Positions 9,012-18,361 are shown, counted from the first letter of the stretch. The stretch: 32,000 bases of DNA from Acinetobacter wanghuae (GCF_009557235.1 NZ_CP045650.1:390001-422000); one strand, 5' to 3'. Translations and numbers: made by a program. The notes: a model not told the origin generated them from the letters alone.

Positions 9012-10460
9012 ATGGCAGGCGAAACCCAAAAAGCAGAAACCCCAACAAAAAAAACGTTGTATGACAAATTGTGGGATGACCATCTAGTAAAACAACGAGA
9101 TGATGGCTCTAGCTTACTGTATATCGATCGTCATTTATTGCATGAAGTGACCTCACCGCAGGCGTTTGAAGGCTTGCAATTGGCAGGTCGTCAGCCGTGG
9201 CGTTTAAGTGCCAACGTGGCAACACCTGACCATAATGTTCCAACCTCTAAAAAAGAACGTTCAGAGGGTATTTCGGGTATTGAAGACGATACCTCGCGTA
9301 TCCAAGTACAAACCTTAGATGACAACTGTAAAACCTTTAATGTGGTTCAGTTTGACATTAACGATGTACGTCAAGGGATCGCCCATGTGGTTGGGCCTGA
9401 ACAAGGTTTAACGTTGCCGGGTATGACGGTGGTGTGTGGTGATTCACATACTGCAACACATGGTGCATTCGGTTGTTTAGCACATGGTATTGGTACATCT
9501 GAAGTTGAACATGTATTGGCAACCCAATGCTTAGTTCAAAAGAAAATGAAAAACATGTTGGTACGTGTTGACGGCAAATTAGGTCAAGGCGTTACACCAA
9601 AAGACGTGGTTTTAGCGATTATTGGTAAAATCGGTACGGCTGGTGGTACAGGTCATGCAATTGAGTTCGGTGGTCAAGTCTTCCGTGATATGTCGATTGA
9701 AGGCCGCATGACGGTCTGTAACATGGCAATCGAAGGCGGTGCCCGTGTGGGTATGGTGGCTGTCGATGAGAAGACCATTGAATATGTAAAAGATCGTCCA
9801 TATGCACCGAAAGGCGAGCAGTGGGATCAAGCGGTTGCTTATTGGAATACCTTACATTCTGATGAAGGCGCGCACTTTGATACAGTGGTTGTACTACAAG
9901 GTGAAGAGATTGAGCCACAAGTATCTTGGGGAACATCGCCTGAGATGGTGATTCCTGTGACGCAAGCTGTGCCGACTTTAGAACAAGCCAAAGATGATGT
10001 TCAGCGTAATGACTGGACACGTGCGTATCAATATATGGGTTTAAATGCGGGTCAAGCATTGGCTGATATTCAACTCGACCGTGTCTTTATTGGTTCTTGT
10101 ACGAACTCACGTATTGAAGATATCCGTGAAGCTGCAAAAGTTGCACAAGGCAAAAAAGTCGCACCAAGTATTAAACAAGCCATGGTGGTTCCGGGTTCTG
10201 GTTTAGTGAAAGCGCAAGCTGAAGCTGAAGGTTTGGATAAAATTTTAGTAGAAGCTGGTTTTGAATGGCGTGAGCCGGGTTGTTCAATGTGCTTGGCAAT
10301 GAATGCTGATAAATTACAACCAGGTGAGCATTGTGCCTCGACCTCAAACCGTAACTTCGAAGGTCGTCAAGGCAATGGCGGTCGTACCCATTTGGTCAGC
10401 CCAGCGATGGCAGCAGCGGCTGCAATCGCGGGTCACTTTGTTGACGTACGCACGTTCTAG
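9012..10460 (+). CDS. leuC: 3-isopropylmalate dehydratase large subunit
   Basis: [13 protein letters not shown] aligns with the E. coli LeuC N-terminus. The aconitase-family Fe-S cysteine motifs [19 protein letters not shown] and CSMCLAMN are present. I chose ATG 9012 (MAGETQK), whereas the track ORF uses GTG 8997. Confidence 0.96.
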   Translation: MAGETQKAETPTKKTLYDKLWDDHLVKQRDDGSSLLYIDRHLLHEVTSPQAFEGLQLAGRQPWRLSANVATPDHNVPTSKKERSEGISGIEDDTSRIQVQTLDDNCKTFNVVQFDINDVRQGIAHVVGPEQGLTLPGMTVVCGDSHTATHGAFGCLAHGIGTSEVEHVLATQCLVQKKMKNMLVRVDGKLGQGVTPKDVVLAIIGKIGTAGGTGHAIEFGGQVFRDMSIEGRMTVCNMAIEGGARVGMVAVDEKTIEYVKDRPYAPKGEQWDQAVAYWNTLHSDEGAHFDTVVVLQGEEIEPQVSWGTSPEMVIPVTQAVPTLEQAKDDVQRNDWTRAYQYMGLNAGQALADIQLDRVFIGSCTNSRIEDIREAAKVAQGKKVAPSIKQAMVVPGSGLVKAQAEAEGLDKILVEAGFEWREPGCSMCLAMNADKLQPGEHCASTSNRNFEGRQGNGGRTHLVSPAMAAAAAIAGHFVDVRTF

Positions 10461-10465
10461 TTTAA

Positions 10466-10537
10466 GCCCTCATCCTAGCCTTTTCCTAGAGGGAGAAGGA
10501 AATTCCCTCTCCTCATAGGAGAGGATTAGGGAGAGGT
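10466..10537. repeat. REP-like pyrimidine/purine-box element in the leuC-leuD spacer
   Basis: The box CCCTCTCC (10505-10512) can pair with either GGAGAGG at 10518-10524 or GGAGAGG at 10530-10536. Related boxes are CCCTCATCC (10467-10475) and GGGAGAAGG (10491-10499). It is GC-rich compared with its surroundings. Confidence 0.6.
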
Positions 10538-10560
10538 CACGGATTCAGTGAGAAATAAAC

Positions 10561-11211
10561 ATGAAAAAATATACCGTTGAACAAGGTATCGTTGCACCAT
10601 TAGACCGTGCCAATGTCGATACAGATTTAATTATTCCAAAACAGTTTTTGAAATCCATTAAACGTACAGGTTTTGGCGAAAACTTATTTGATGAATTGCG
10701 TTATTTGGACGAAGGTTATTTGGGTTTAGATAACTCAAAACGTCCTAAAAATCCTGATTTCGCATTGAATCAACCGCGTTATCAAGGTGCGTCAATTCTA
10801 ATTTCACGTGCCAACTTTGGTTGTGGTTCAAGTCGTGAGCATGCGCCATGGGCACTTGAAGAATACGGTTTTCGTACCGTGATCGCGCCAAGCTATGCCG
10901 ATATTTTCTTTAATAACAGCTTTAAAAATGGCATGTTGCCCGTGATCTTGTCTGAAGAGATTGTCGATCAACTCTTTAAAGAATGTTTCGCGACGGAAGG
11001 CTATCAACTCACGATTGATTTGGAAGCACAAGAAGTACGTACACCAAGTGGCGAAAGCTTCAAATTTGAAGTTGATCCATTCCGCAAACATTGTTTATTG
11101 AATGGTTTAGATGATATTGGTTTAACTTTGCAAGCTGCGGATGATATTCGTGCTTATGAAGAAAAAACCAAGCAATCACGCCCTTGGGTTTTCAACGAGA
11201 TTCGTGGATAA
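10561..11211 (+). CDS. leuD: 3-isopropylmalate dehydratase small subunit
   Basis: 216 aa. It has [13 protein letters not shown] and the [13 protein letters not shown] motif, and it follows leuC. Confidence 0.96.
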   Translation: MKKYTVEQGIVAPLDRANVDTDLIIPKQFLKSIKRTGFGENLFDELRYLDEGYLGLDNSKRPKNPDFALNQPRYQGASILISRANFGCGSSREHAPWALEEYGFRTVIAPSYADIFFNNSFKNGMLPVILSEEIVDQLFKECFATEGYQLTIDLEAQEVRTPSGESFKFEVDPFRKHCLLNGLDDIGLTLQAADDIRAYEEKTKQSRPWVFNEIRG

Positions 11212-11294
11212 ATCTTATTATTTAGGCATAGCTTGATGACCTGACCCTTGATAAGATCGCACGAGGACATCTTAACTTAGGTTAAACATTCAAC

Positions 11295-11858
11295 ATGGCG
11301 AAATATTGGAAATCGTTGTTTGCTCTAAGCGGGATCACGCTAGTGCTGAGTGCATGTCAAAGTGTTGATACCATGCGGCTCAAAGCAGTTAAAGAGAATG
11401 CGAAAACGCAGTCAAATGCTTTGGTTTATTGTGCAGGCACACACGATTGTGAATTTGAGCGACTCGATAAAACCATCATTATTGATGCAAAGTCAGGGCG
11501 CTTAAACAAACAGGCAAAGCAAGCAAATATCGTACGTTTAAATGCGAAAAGCCTGAGTCAGCCCAATGCACTTTATTTATCTGTAGCACCGGGTCCACAT
11601 GAGTTGGTGGTACGTTTTTATCCGATTAGTCGAGATAAAGCGGAAGTATTGCATCTGTTTCATCGTTTTCAAGCCAATCAAGCGTATACCTTGAAAATGT
11701 ATCGTCAGCGCAATACCAAAGCGAATAGCTTATTAAAAACCTCTGCGCCTGAGCCACTGTGTGTGGATCTTATGCAGAATAAGAAAACAATTCGTCGTTT
11801 TTGCAAACCTTACAATGTTCAAACGGGCATTGCAGAATTTGTAGAACGGAAAATTTAA
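11295..11858 (+). CDS. Hypothetical lipoprotein embedded between leuD and leuB
   Basis: The signal peptide ends in the lipobox LVLSAC (Cys21). The mature protein has four further Cys residues. I recognise no family. Confidence 0.7.
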   Translation: MAKYWKSLFALSGITLVLSACQSVDTMRLKAVKENAKTQSNALVYCAGTHDCEFERLDKTIIIDAKSGRLNKQAKQANIVRLNAKSLSQPNALYLSVAPGPHELVVRFYPISRDKAEVLHLFHRFQANQAYTLKMYRQRNTKANSLLKTSAPEPLCVDLMQNKKTIRRFCKPYNVQTGIAEFVERKI

Positions 11859-11900
11859 ATCGGTTGGTTTATACACTGACCCATAAAAATGGAATATCTC

Positions 11901-12980
11901 ATGTCTAAACAAATTTTGATTTTGGCTGGTGACGGCATCGGTCCTGAAATTGTAAAAGCTGCAGAACAGGTACTGACTGTTGTTAACGATAAATTTAATT
12001 TAGGTTTAACGTGGGAACAAGGTTTATTGGGCGGTGCGGCTATTGATGCACATGGTTCACCGTATCCAGATGTGACCTCTGAACAAGCGAAAAAAGCCGA
12101 TGCGATCTTACTCGGTGCTGTGGGTGGTCCAAAATGGGATGCAATTGAACGCTCAATTCGTCCAGAACGTGGTTTGTTAAAATTACGTAGCGAACTTAAC
12201 CTTTTTGCAAACTTACGTCCTGCGATTCTTTATCCGCAATTGGCAGATGCATCAAGCTTAAAACCTGAAATCGTTGCCGGTTTAGATATCTTAATCGTGC
12301 GTGAATTAACGGGTGGTATTTACTTCGGTCAACCACGTGGTATTCGCGAGTTAGAAAATGGTGAAAAACAAGGCTACAACACTGACGTTTATTCAGAATC
12401 TGAAATTAAACGTATTGCGAAAGTTGCGTTTGAAATGGCAAATCTTCGTGGCGGTAAAGTGTGTTCTGTTGATAAAGCCAATGTTTTAGAGGTAACTGAG
12501 CTTTGGAAACAAACGGTTACTGCATTAAAAGAAGCGGAATATCCTGAAATTAACTTGTCGCATATGTATGTCGACAATGCGGCAATGCAATTGGTACGTG
12601 CGCCTAAACAGTTTGATGTCATTGTAACGTCAAACTTGTTCGGTGATATTTTGTCTGATGAAGCAGCAATGTTAACGGGTTCTATTGGGATGTTGCCTTC
12701 AGCATCATTGGATGAAAATGGTAAAGGGATGTATGAGCCTTGCCATGGTTCAGCACCGGATATCGCGGGTCAAAACTTAGCAAATCCATTGGCAACCATT
12801 TTATCAGTAGCGATGATGCTACGTTATACGTTCCGTGAAGAAGCCGCTGCAAAAGCGATTGAAGATGCAGTGGGTCAAGTACTTGATCAAGGCTTGCGTA
12901 CTGCAGACATTATGTCTGAAGGCATGAACAAAGTAGGAACAGTTGAAATGGGTCAGGCGGTTGTTGCTGCTTTAAACTAA
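11901..12980 (+). CDS. leuB: 3-isopropylmalate dehydrogenase
   Basis: It starts [17 protein letters not shown] and carries [25 protein letters not shown] and the other isocitrate/isopropylmalate dehydrogenase signatures. I chose ATG 11901, whereas the track ORF starts 4 codons earlier. Confidence 0.96.
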   Translation: MSKQILILAGDGIGPEIVKAAEQVLTVVNDKFNLGLTWEQGLLGGAAIDAHGSPYPDVTSEQAKKADAILLGAVGGPKWDAIERSIRPERGLLKLRSELNLFANLRPAILYPQLADASSLKPEIVAGLDILIVRELTGGIYFGQPRGIRELENGEKQGYNTDVYSESEIKRIAKVAFEMANLRGGKVCSVDKANVLEVTELWKQTVTALKEAEYPEINLSHMYVDNAAMQLVRAPKQFDVIVTSNLFGDILSDEAAMLTGSIGMLPSASLDENGKGMYEPCHGSAPDIAGQNLANPLATILSVAMMLRYTFREEAAAKAIEDAVGQVLDQGLRTADIMSEGMNKVGTVEMGQAVVAALN

Positions 12981-12992
12981 TTTCAGCCGTAT

Positions 12993-13023
12993 AAAAAAAC
13001 GCAGCCATGAGCTGCGTTTTTTT
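12993..13023. terminator. Bidirectional terminator between leuB (+) and a lipoprotein gene (-)
   Basis: An A7 run is followed by the stem CGCAGC (13000-13005) / GCTGCG (13011-13016) with a 5-nt loop, then a T7 run. Confidence 0.8.
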
Positions 13024-13044
13024 ATGCTTGATGCTTTTAAGGTC

Positions 13045-13455
13045 TTAGCAAGTGCGACCTGTATAAGCAACAGAGGTCGCAATATTATCTTTTAATTGAA
13101 AGACAATTCGACATTGCAGCTCGACATCATAACGTTGAGATGCTGTAGCCGTGTTTGGAATCGGAATAGAGCCTGTACCTGTGACAGGTGATTGCGCAAC
13201 AGAAAGTGGAATCATGACGGATCGTTGAATGATATAGGTCAGCTGATGCGCTGTTAATACGGGTTCTTGGCTCTGTTCGTAGCCTATTGCAGTTAAATCT
13301 AGACTGCTATAAATAGATTGACTCGTTTGACCGATGAAGGACTGCAAATATTGCTCACGGTCAAATTGACTAATCGGCATCGTGCTACAGGCATAAAGAA
13401 AAATCGAGAGAGCGACAAGAAAGAACAGTCTAAAAGAGGAGAATTGAGTACGCAC
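13045..13455 (-). CDS. Hypothetical lipoprotein
   Basis: It has a GTG start and a signal peptide ending in the lipobox FLYAC. It is 136 aa with no recognisable family. Confidence 0.6.
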   Translation of the reverse strand: MRTQFSSFRLFFLVALSIFLYACSTMPISQFDREQYLQSFIGQTSQSIYSSLDLTAIGYEQSQEPVLTAHQLTYIIQRSVMIPLSVAQSPVTGTGSIPIPNTATASQRYDVELQCRIVFQLKDNIATSVAYTGRTC

Positions 13456-13550
13456 AAGATGACTCCAAGCAATACAACGTTATGTTTATTCTAGCGAGTC
13501 GGTGTGCAATGGATTGTTGTAATATGACAAACGGTCATTGATGAATATTA

Positions 13551-13582
13551 AAAACAAAAAAGCCACGACAAGGGCGTGGCTT
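13551..13582 (-). terminator. Intrinsic terminator after infA
   Basis: The stem is AAGCCACG (13560-13567) / CGTGGCTT (13575-13582). On the minus strand it is followed by a U-rich run (plus-strand AAAACAAAAA 13551-13560). Confidence 0.8.
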
Positions 13583-13600
13583 ACGAGCTTGCGCTAAAAC

Positions 13601-13822
13601 TTAGCGTGCACGGTAAGTGATACGACCCTTTGTCAAATCGTAAGGTGTCATTTCTACTTTAACACTGTCGCCAGTCAAAATGCGGATATAGTGTTTACGC
13701 ATTTTACCAGAGATGTGAGCAATCACTTCATGACCGTTTTCTAAACGTACACGGAACATAGTATTAGGAAGCGTCTCGGTGACAACGCCTTCGAACTCGA
13801 TGAGTTCCTCTTTATTGGCCAT
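13601..13822 (-). CDS. infA: Translation initiation factor IF-1
   Basis: 73 aa. It is near-identical in pattern to E. coli InfA ([45 protein letters not shown]). Confidence 0.98.
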   Translation of the reverse strand: MANKEELIEFEGVVTETLPNTMFRVRLENGHEVIAHISGKMRKHYIRILTGDSVKVEMTPYDLTKGRITYRAR

Positions 13823-14053
13823 AGCCTACCTGAATGAATAAATTGGAAAGGCGCAAATTATAGTCAATTTTTTCGGTTAACACAAGGCGAAACGGGCGCT
13901 AGACTGATCATCTGTCAGTAAATTAAGCGAAGTAGCAGTTTAAATAAATTAACTAAATAGTTATCTTCTTTTGTTGTCAGTTTGGTCAATCGCAGTTAAT
14001 CTAAAATTAATCTTTTTGGGTATAAATGAAGCACATACAAGGAAGGTTTTTGA

Positions 14054-15061
14054 GTGAGTCAGCTAACGGATGCATCGGTTGTATTACGTTTAGGCTACCA
14101 AGCGATTCGTCGTGCCGGTTTGCCTACCGAAGAATTACTAACTAAAGCAGGAGTCGCTTTAAATCAAGTGGAGGCGAATGATCGTACACCACTGAGCGCG
14201 CAGTATGCATTTTGGGTTGCTGCAGAAGAGGTAAGTCGTGACCCCGATATTGGATTGCATTTGGGCGAGCATTTGCCGTTATACCGCGGGCAGGTGATCG
14301 AGCATTTATTTATTTCGAGTGCAAATTTTGGTGAAGGACTGAAACGCGCTTTGGCTTATCAACGTCTGATCAGTGATGCTTTTCATGCCACATTGGTGAT
14401 TGAAGATGATCGTTGCTATCTGACTAATGGTGAGCAGCCCTATTCAGAAAATATCGTCAATCGTCATTTTACCGAATGTGCGATGTCAGGTGTGCTGCGC
14501 TTCTTTAAGTTTATTACTGAAGGACGTTTTGAGCCAATTTACATCGATTTTAACTTTGCCAAAGGCGCAGCGGATGATGAGTATTTTCGTGTCTTTGAAT
14601 GTCCGGTGAGTTTAGGGCAAAAAGAAACACGTCTGTATTTCGATCCAAACATTTTAGACTTTCCACTTTGGCAAGCAGAACCTGAATTACTTCAATTACA
14701 TGAACAACTTGCGATTGAGAAACTGCAGGAACTCGCACGTTATGATTTGGTTGGAGAAGTCCGCCGTGCCATTGGCTCAACCTTGGAAAGTGGTGAAACC
14801 ACATTGGAAACCGTGGCAGCACAACTGAATATTACTCCGCGTCGTTTAAGAACGCAGCTCAGTGAGGCAAATACCAGTTTCCAACAAATTCTTTCTGATT
14901 ATCGTTGTCGTTTAGCTAAGCGTTTGTTGGCAGGTACAGCGGAAAGTGTGGAGCGAATTGTATATTTAACTGGGTTCTCTGAACCAAGTACCTTCTACCG
15001 CGCATTTAAGCGTTGGACCAATGAAACGCCTGTAGAATATCGTAAAAGGAAGCAGCGTTAG
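14054..15061 (+). CDS. AraC/XylS-family transcriptional regulator with an N-terminal AraC-type effector-binding-like domain
   Basis: The C-terminal double HTH includes ERIVYLTGFSEPSTFYRAFKRWTNETPVEYR. It has a GTG start with AAGGAAGG 7 nt upstream. No cognate catabolic genes are adjacent. Confidence 0.88.
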   Translation: MSQLTDASVVLRLGYQAIRRAGLPTEELLTKAGVALNQVEANDRTPLSAQYAFWVAAEEVSRDPDIGLHLGEHLPLYRGQVIEHLFISSANFGEGLKRALAYQRLISDAFHATLVIEDDRCYLTNGEQPYSENIVNRHFTECAMSGVLRFFKFITEGRFEPIYIDFNFAKGAADDEYFRVFECPVSLGQKETRLYFDPNILDFPLWQAEPELLQLHEQLAIEKLQELARYDLVGEVRRAIGSTLESGETTLETVAAQLNITPRRLRTQLSEANTSFQQILSDYRCRLAKRLLAGTAESVERIVYLTGFSEPSTFYRAFKRWTNETPVEYRKRKQR

Positions 15062-15107
15062 ACCAATGAAACACCTGTGGAATATCGTTAAAGGAAGCAG
15101 CGCTAGA
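15009..15107 (+). repeat. Tandem 45-bp duplication (about 2.2 copies) of the AraC gene 3' end
   Basis: Copy A is 15016-15060 and copy B is 15061-15105, with 41/45 identity. The mismatches are 15028/15073 (g/a), 15034/15079 (a/g), 15044/15089 (a/t) and 15058/15103 (t/c). The unit is in frame with the CDS. Confidence 0.9.
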
Positions 15108-15229
15108 ATCCCTCCCTTGCGAAGCAGTGCTTCTCACCTTTATAAAAGGGGGATTTTTTGACTTCTTATTATCTTACTTTTCAAAGTAGGGGAGCTCCTC
15201 CCTTTTTTAAAGGGAGGTTGGGAGGGATT
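15107..15229. repeat. 123-bp REP/MITE-like element bounded by perfect 10-bp inverted repeats
   Basis: The terminal repeats are AATCCCTCCC (15107-15116) and GGGAGGGATT (15220-15229). Internal hairpins are GAAGCA-G-TGCTTC (15122-15134) and CCTCCCT (15198-15204) / AGGGAGG (15211-15217). It fills the gap between the convergent AraC gene and truA. Confidence 0.6.
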
Positions 15230-15239
15230 GTTTAATAAT

Positions 15240-16037
15240 TTATTCCGGCATATTTAGCCAATGCGGCCCTAAAGGCATTTTCGGTAAATCGAATTCTGTT
15301 GGATACTCTGCATGAATGAAATACAAACCATCTGGCGGTGCGGTAATACCTGCCGCTTTACGATCTTCTGCCGCAAAAATTTCATCAATATATTCAATGC
15401 TATACATACCTTGACCCACTTCAAGCAAGCATCCCATGATGTTTCTGACCATATGGTGTAAGAAACCATCTGCTTGAATGTCTAATACGAGATATTGCCC
15501 ATGTGGAATCAAACGACAATGTCGTACATGGCGCACAGGTTGGTTTGACTGACACGATGCTGCGCGGAAACTTTCAAAGTTATGTGTACCCTCGAATTTT
15601 TTCGCGGCTGCAATCATGGCATCTACATTCAAGTCGTAATATGCATGGGTAACTTGTTTATGCAGTAACGCAGGACGAACAGGGTGATTGTAAACCACAT
15701 AACGATAACGACGTGCCTTGGCTTTAAAGCGTGCATGGAAGTCATCATCCATCGCTTTAATCCATTGAATCGAAATATCTTTTGGTAACTGACTGTTGCA
15801 ACCCCGTAGCCAACCATGAATGGAACGTACCGCAGTTGTGTCAAAATGCGCGACCATATTGGTCGCATGTACACCCGCATCGGTACGTCCTGCACCGTGT
15901 AAAACAATGGTCTCGTTAGCAACAGTAGACAGCACCTTTTCAATGGTTTCTTGCACGCTTGCGACACCCGGTTGTTGTGTTTGCCAACCGCGATAGTTCA
16001 TGCCACAAAACTCAATACCCACTGCAAAACGCTGCAT
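15240..16037 (-). CDS. truA: tRNA pseudouridine(38-40) synthase
   Basis: 265 aa. It has the YRGWQ.Q motif and the catalytic Asp motif HGAGRTDAGVHA. Confidence 0.95.
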   Translation of the reverse strand: MQRFAVGIEFCGMNYRGWQTQQPGVASVQETIEKVLSTVANETIVLHGAGRTDAGVHATNMVAHFDTTAVRSIHGWLRGCNSQLPKDISIQWIKAMDDDFHARFKAKARRYRYVVYNHPVRPALLHKQVTHAYYDLNVDAMIAAAKKFEGTHNFESFRAASCQSNQPVRHVRHCRLIPHGQYLVLDIQADGFLHHMVRNIMGCLLEVGQGMYSIEYIDEIFAAEDRKAAGITAPPDGLYFIHAEYPTEFDLPKMPLGPHWLNMPE

Positions 16038-16055
16038 ATCTACCTCAAAACTGAA

Positions 16056-17021
16056 TTATTCGTACCAATGACGATGCCATTGTTCAACTGCATCGTATTG
16101 TAAATACATTTTTAGTGCTTTTGCATAAAGATCGGCATGACCATGACTTTCATTTAACAAAACTTTGCTGTGTTTAACCCAATCCGCAATCGCATAACGC
16201 TGATCTGTACCGCCAAAAGGGACCTGTGTAGTGAGGACGGTCGCGCAGCCTTTTTCATAAAGTTCATCAATGAGCTGAATAAAATCAGCATTCACTGCAA
16301 GATTACCTGTGCCAAAACCTTGCAAGAATAAAAAATGCGGTGGGTGGATGAGAAGCTGCTGTAAATTTTGTATCTGTAAATTAATGTCTATCGGCTGAAT
16401 CATCAGACTCATGCAGTTAAATGATTTCGCTTTTTCAATATCATTCAGTGTAATATTTTTTGCCTGTTTCGGTTTTTGAATATTGATTTGGGCATCAAGA
16501 CCTGCAAAAGCAGCAAGTTCAGTCGTATGAATTTTAAGAGCTGTTTGTGCATGAATCACTTGCTGATGAAAAGCTAGATAAACGCCTGAATCTGACGTTA
16601 TAACTTTTTCTAATGCAAAAGTTAAATTATCCATCGCATCACTGAATTCACGCAGTTCATTGCCACCGGTATTGAGTAATGGGTATTGACTGCCTGTAAG
16701 AATGACATGCGCAGATTGCGCTAGACAATGTGATAACACAGCACTGGCATAACTAAGCGTATCGGTACCATGAATAATGACAAAATATTGATAATTTTCT
16801 TTGATTAGGTCTTGAATAAAATAAACCAATTCAAGCCAATCTTGTGCCTGACAGGCACTACTGTCCTTGATTTTAGGTGCTTGAAAGCATTTAACCTGAT
16901 ATTTTTTTTCAAGTAGATGATTTAATTGTGGAATAAAAGCATCAGCGGGCATAGGTGCGAGCGGATCACCGACACAGCCAAATGTTCCACCCATATAGAT
17001 TAAAGCAATATCTGTATTCAT
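16056..17021 (-). CDS. L-asparaginase type I-like (asparaginase/glutaminase family) protein
   Basis: The N-terminal nucleophile motif is IALIYMGGTFG (compare TGGTIG). The second motif is IIHGTDTLSYASA (HGTDT). I chose ATG 17021. The TTG at 17036 in the track lies inside a terminator-like hairpin. Confidence 0.8.
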   Translation of the reverse strand: MNTDIALIYMGGTFGCVGDPLAPMPADAFIPQLNHLLEKKYQVKCFQAPKIKDSSACQAQDWLELVYFIQDLIKENYQYFVIIHGTDTLSYASAVLSHCLAQSAHVILTGSQYPLLNTGGNELREFSDAMDNLTFALEKVITSDSGVYLAFHQQVIHAQTALKIHTTELAAFAGLDAQINIQKPKQAKNITLNDIEKAKSFNCMSLMIQPIDINLQIQNLQQLLIHPPHFLFLQGFGTGNLAVNADFIQLIDELYEKGCATVLTTQVPFGGTDQRYAIADWVKHSKVLLNESHGHADLYAKALKMYLQYDAVEQWHRHWYE

Positions 17022-17050
17022 AAAAAAAGCAGCCAAATCATGACTGCTTT
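17022..17050 (-). terminator. Terminator-like hairpin after the FimV C-terminal gene, abutting the next start codon
   Basis: The minus strand reads AAAGCAG-11 nt-CTGCTTT followed by TTTTT and then immediately ATG (17021). The stem arms are 17026-17032 and 17044-17050. Confidence 0.55.
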
Positions 17051-17068
17051 AGTGTAAAGCCAAATGCG

Positions 17069-18361
17069 TTAAGAAGCGATTTGATTTAAAAGTTGCTTGG
17101 CTTGCTCATGTTGCAGAGCAGAATATTCTGATTCTTTCTCTGCCAATAATTCACGTGCTGCATTGTATGCACCCAGTTTAATATATTGCTCAGCAAGAGA
17201 AAGATTTAGGCTGATTTCATCGTTCTCAACCAATTCAGGGAATGATTGCACGAGTGGATCATTTCGATCTACTGCAATTACAGTTGTTTCAGGTACATCA
17301 ATACTCAGCGCGGAAGGAGCTGTTTCCGTTTTTTCCTCGATGCTATCGAGTTTGAAATCAAATGTTGAACTTTCTAGTGCAGCTGTAGGAGCAACTTCAT
17401 TGGTGATCGGTTTGATATTGGTTAGATCAAGATCAATCGCAATGGATTCTTCGGTTTTTTCCGGAGTGGTTGTCGCACTGTCTAAGGAGAATGAGAAATC
17501 TAAAGGCTGAATCTCTTCCGGTTTATCGACTGCAACAGGTTCGGCAGGTGCTGTAGATTCGAGATCAAATGCTAAGGTCGGTGCAACAACAGGTGTAGCA
17601 GATTCTACTGATTCAACAATCGGTGAGCTTGGGGTAAAGTCGAAATTGGAGTCAAAATGCAGCGCTTCCGTTGCAGGCTTTTCGACAGGGATTTCAGTTT
17701 GCGTCAACAACGGCTCAAAATTGAATTCTAAAGGTTGAATATCATTTTGAGTGGGTTTTGCTTCAAACACAGATTTAGTTGAGGGTTTAGCTTCATCTTG
17801 AAGGGCATCAAATGCAGTGTCATCAGCAACATGCGGTGCTTCTAGTTCAGCAAATGCGTCCGCTGTGGTGGTATTATCAACAGAGTGGAATCCAATCGTA
17901 TCGTTACTGGAAGGGAGAAATTTTTCATATTCGGCTTTTTGAGCTTTTGCTTTTTCCAACACCTCATCAAGTTGCAAGGAACGAATATGATTAATGAGCT
18001 GAGAAATCGCAAAATCATCTTTTTGCTTGGTATGGATATCAAGTAAGAGCAAATACAATTCATGCTGTGAATTATCGCGGTTTAACGCTTGGTTAATTTG
18101 CGCTTCGGCCGCGAAATAATTACCCGCTGTAATTAGACCTTCAATTTTTTGACGCAGATCGGCACTAAGAGGCGTCGCTGTTTGTTTGACTGCAACTGGT
18201 TCTTCCACCACTTTGGTTTTTTGCGGTGCTTTACTTGAGCTCGCTGTAGTTTTTGTTCGACTTGTTGGTTTCGCTTTCGCTGCGCCTTGAGCATCTTGTC
18301 GTTTTTTTAATACAAGTAAAACGATGATTAATATCACCAGTGGAATCAAATAAATCAGCAT
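17069..18361 (-). CDS. fimV: FimV/HubP-like protein, TM plus cytoplasmic part (acidic repeats and the FimV C-terminal TPR-like motif)
   Basis: It has an N-terminal TM helix (LIYLIPLVILIIVLLVL) and a TPR-like segment (LITAGNYFAAEAQINQAL). Acidic F/L-D-F repeats follow. The C-terminal motif is LNLSLAEQYIKLGAYNAARELLAE. It has its own SD (AGGGG, 8 nt upstream). Confidence 0.85.
   Translation of the reverse strand: MLIYLIPLVILIIVLLVLKKRQDAQGAAKAKPTSRTKTTASSSKAPQKTKVVEEPVAVKQTATPLSADLRQKIEGLITAGNYFAAEAQINQALNRDNSQHELYLLLLDIHTKQKDDFAISQLINHIRSLQLDEVLEKAKAQKAEYEKFLPSSNDTIGFHSVDNTTTADAFAELEAPHVADDTAFDALQDEAKPSTKSVFEAKPTQNDIQPLEFNFEPLLTQTEIPVEKPATEALHFDSNFDFTPSSPIVESVESATPVVAPTLAFDLESTAPAEPVAVDKPEEIQPLDFSFSLDSATTTPEKTEESIAIDLDLTNIKPITNEVAPTAALESSTFDFKLDSIEEKTETAPSALSIDVPETTVIAVDRNDPLVQSFPELVENDEISLNLSLAEQYIKLGAYNAARELLAEKESEYSALQHEQAKQLLNQIAS

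Noticed and set aside
9612-10059. 72-aa and 146-aa antisense ORFs within leuC
   Set aside because: They lie antisense to a conserved enzyme gene and have a His/Pro/Gln-rich unnatural composition.
17097-17510. 137-aa + strand ORF antisense to the FimV C-terminal gene
   Set aside because: It is Ser-rich and low-complexity, a mirror of the acidic/Thr-rich repeats on the coding strand.
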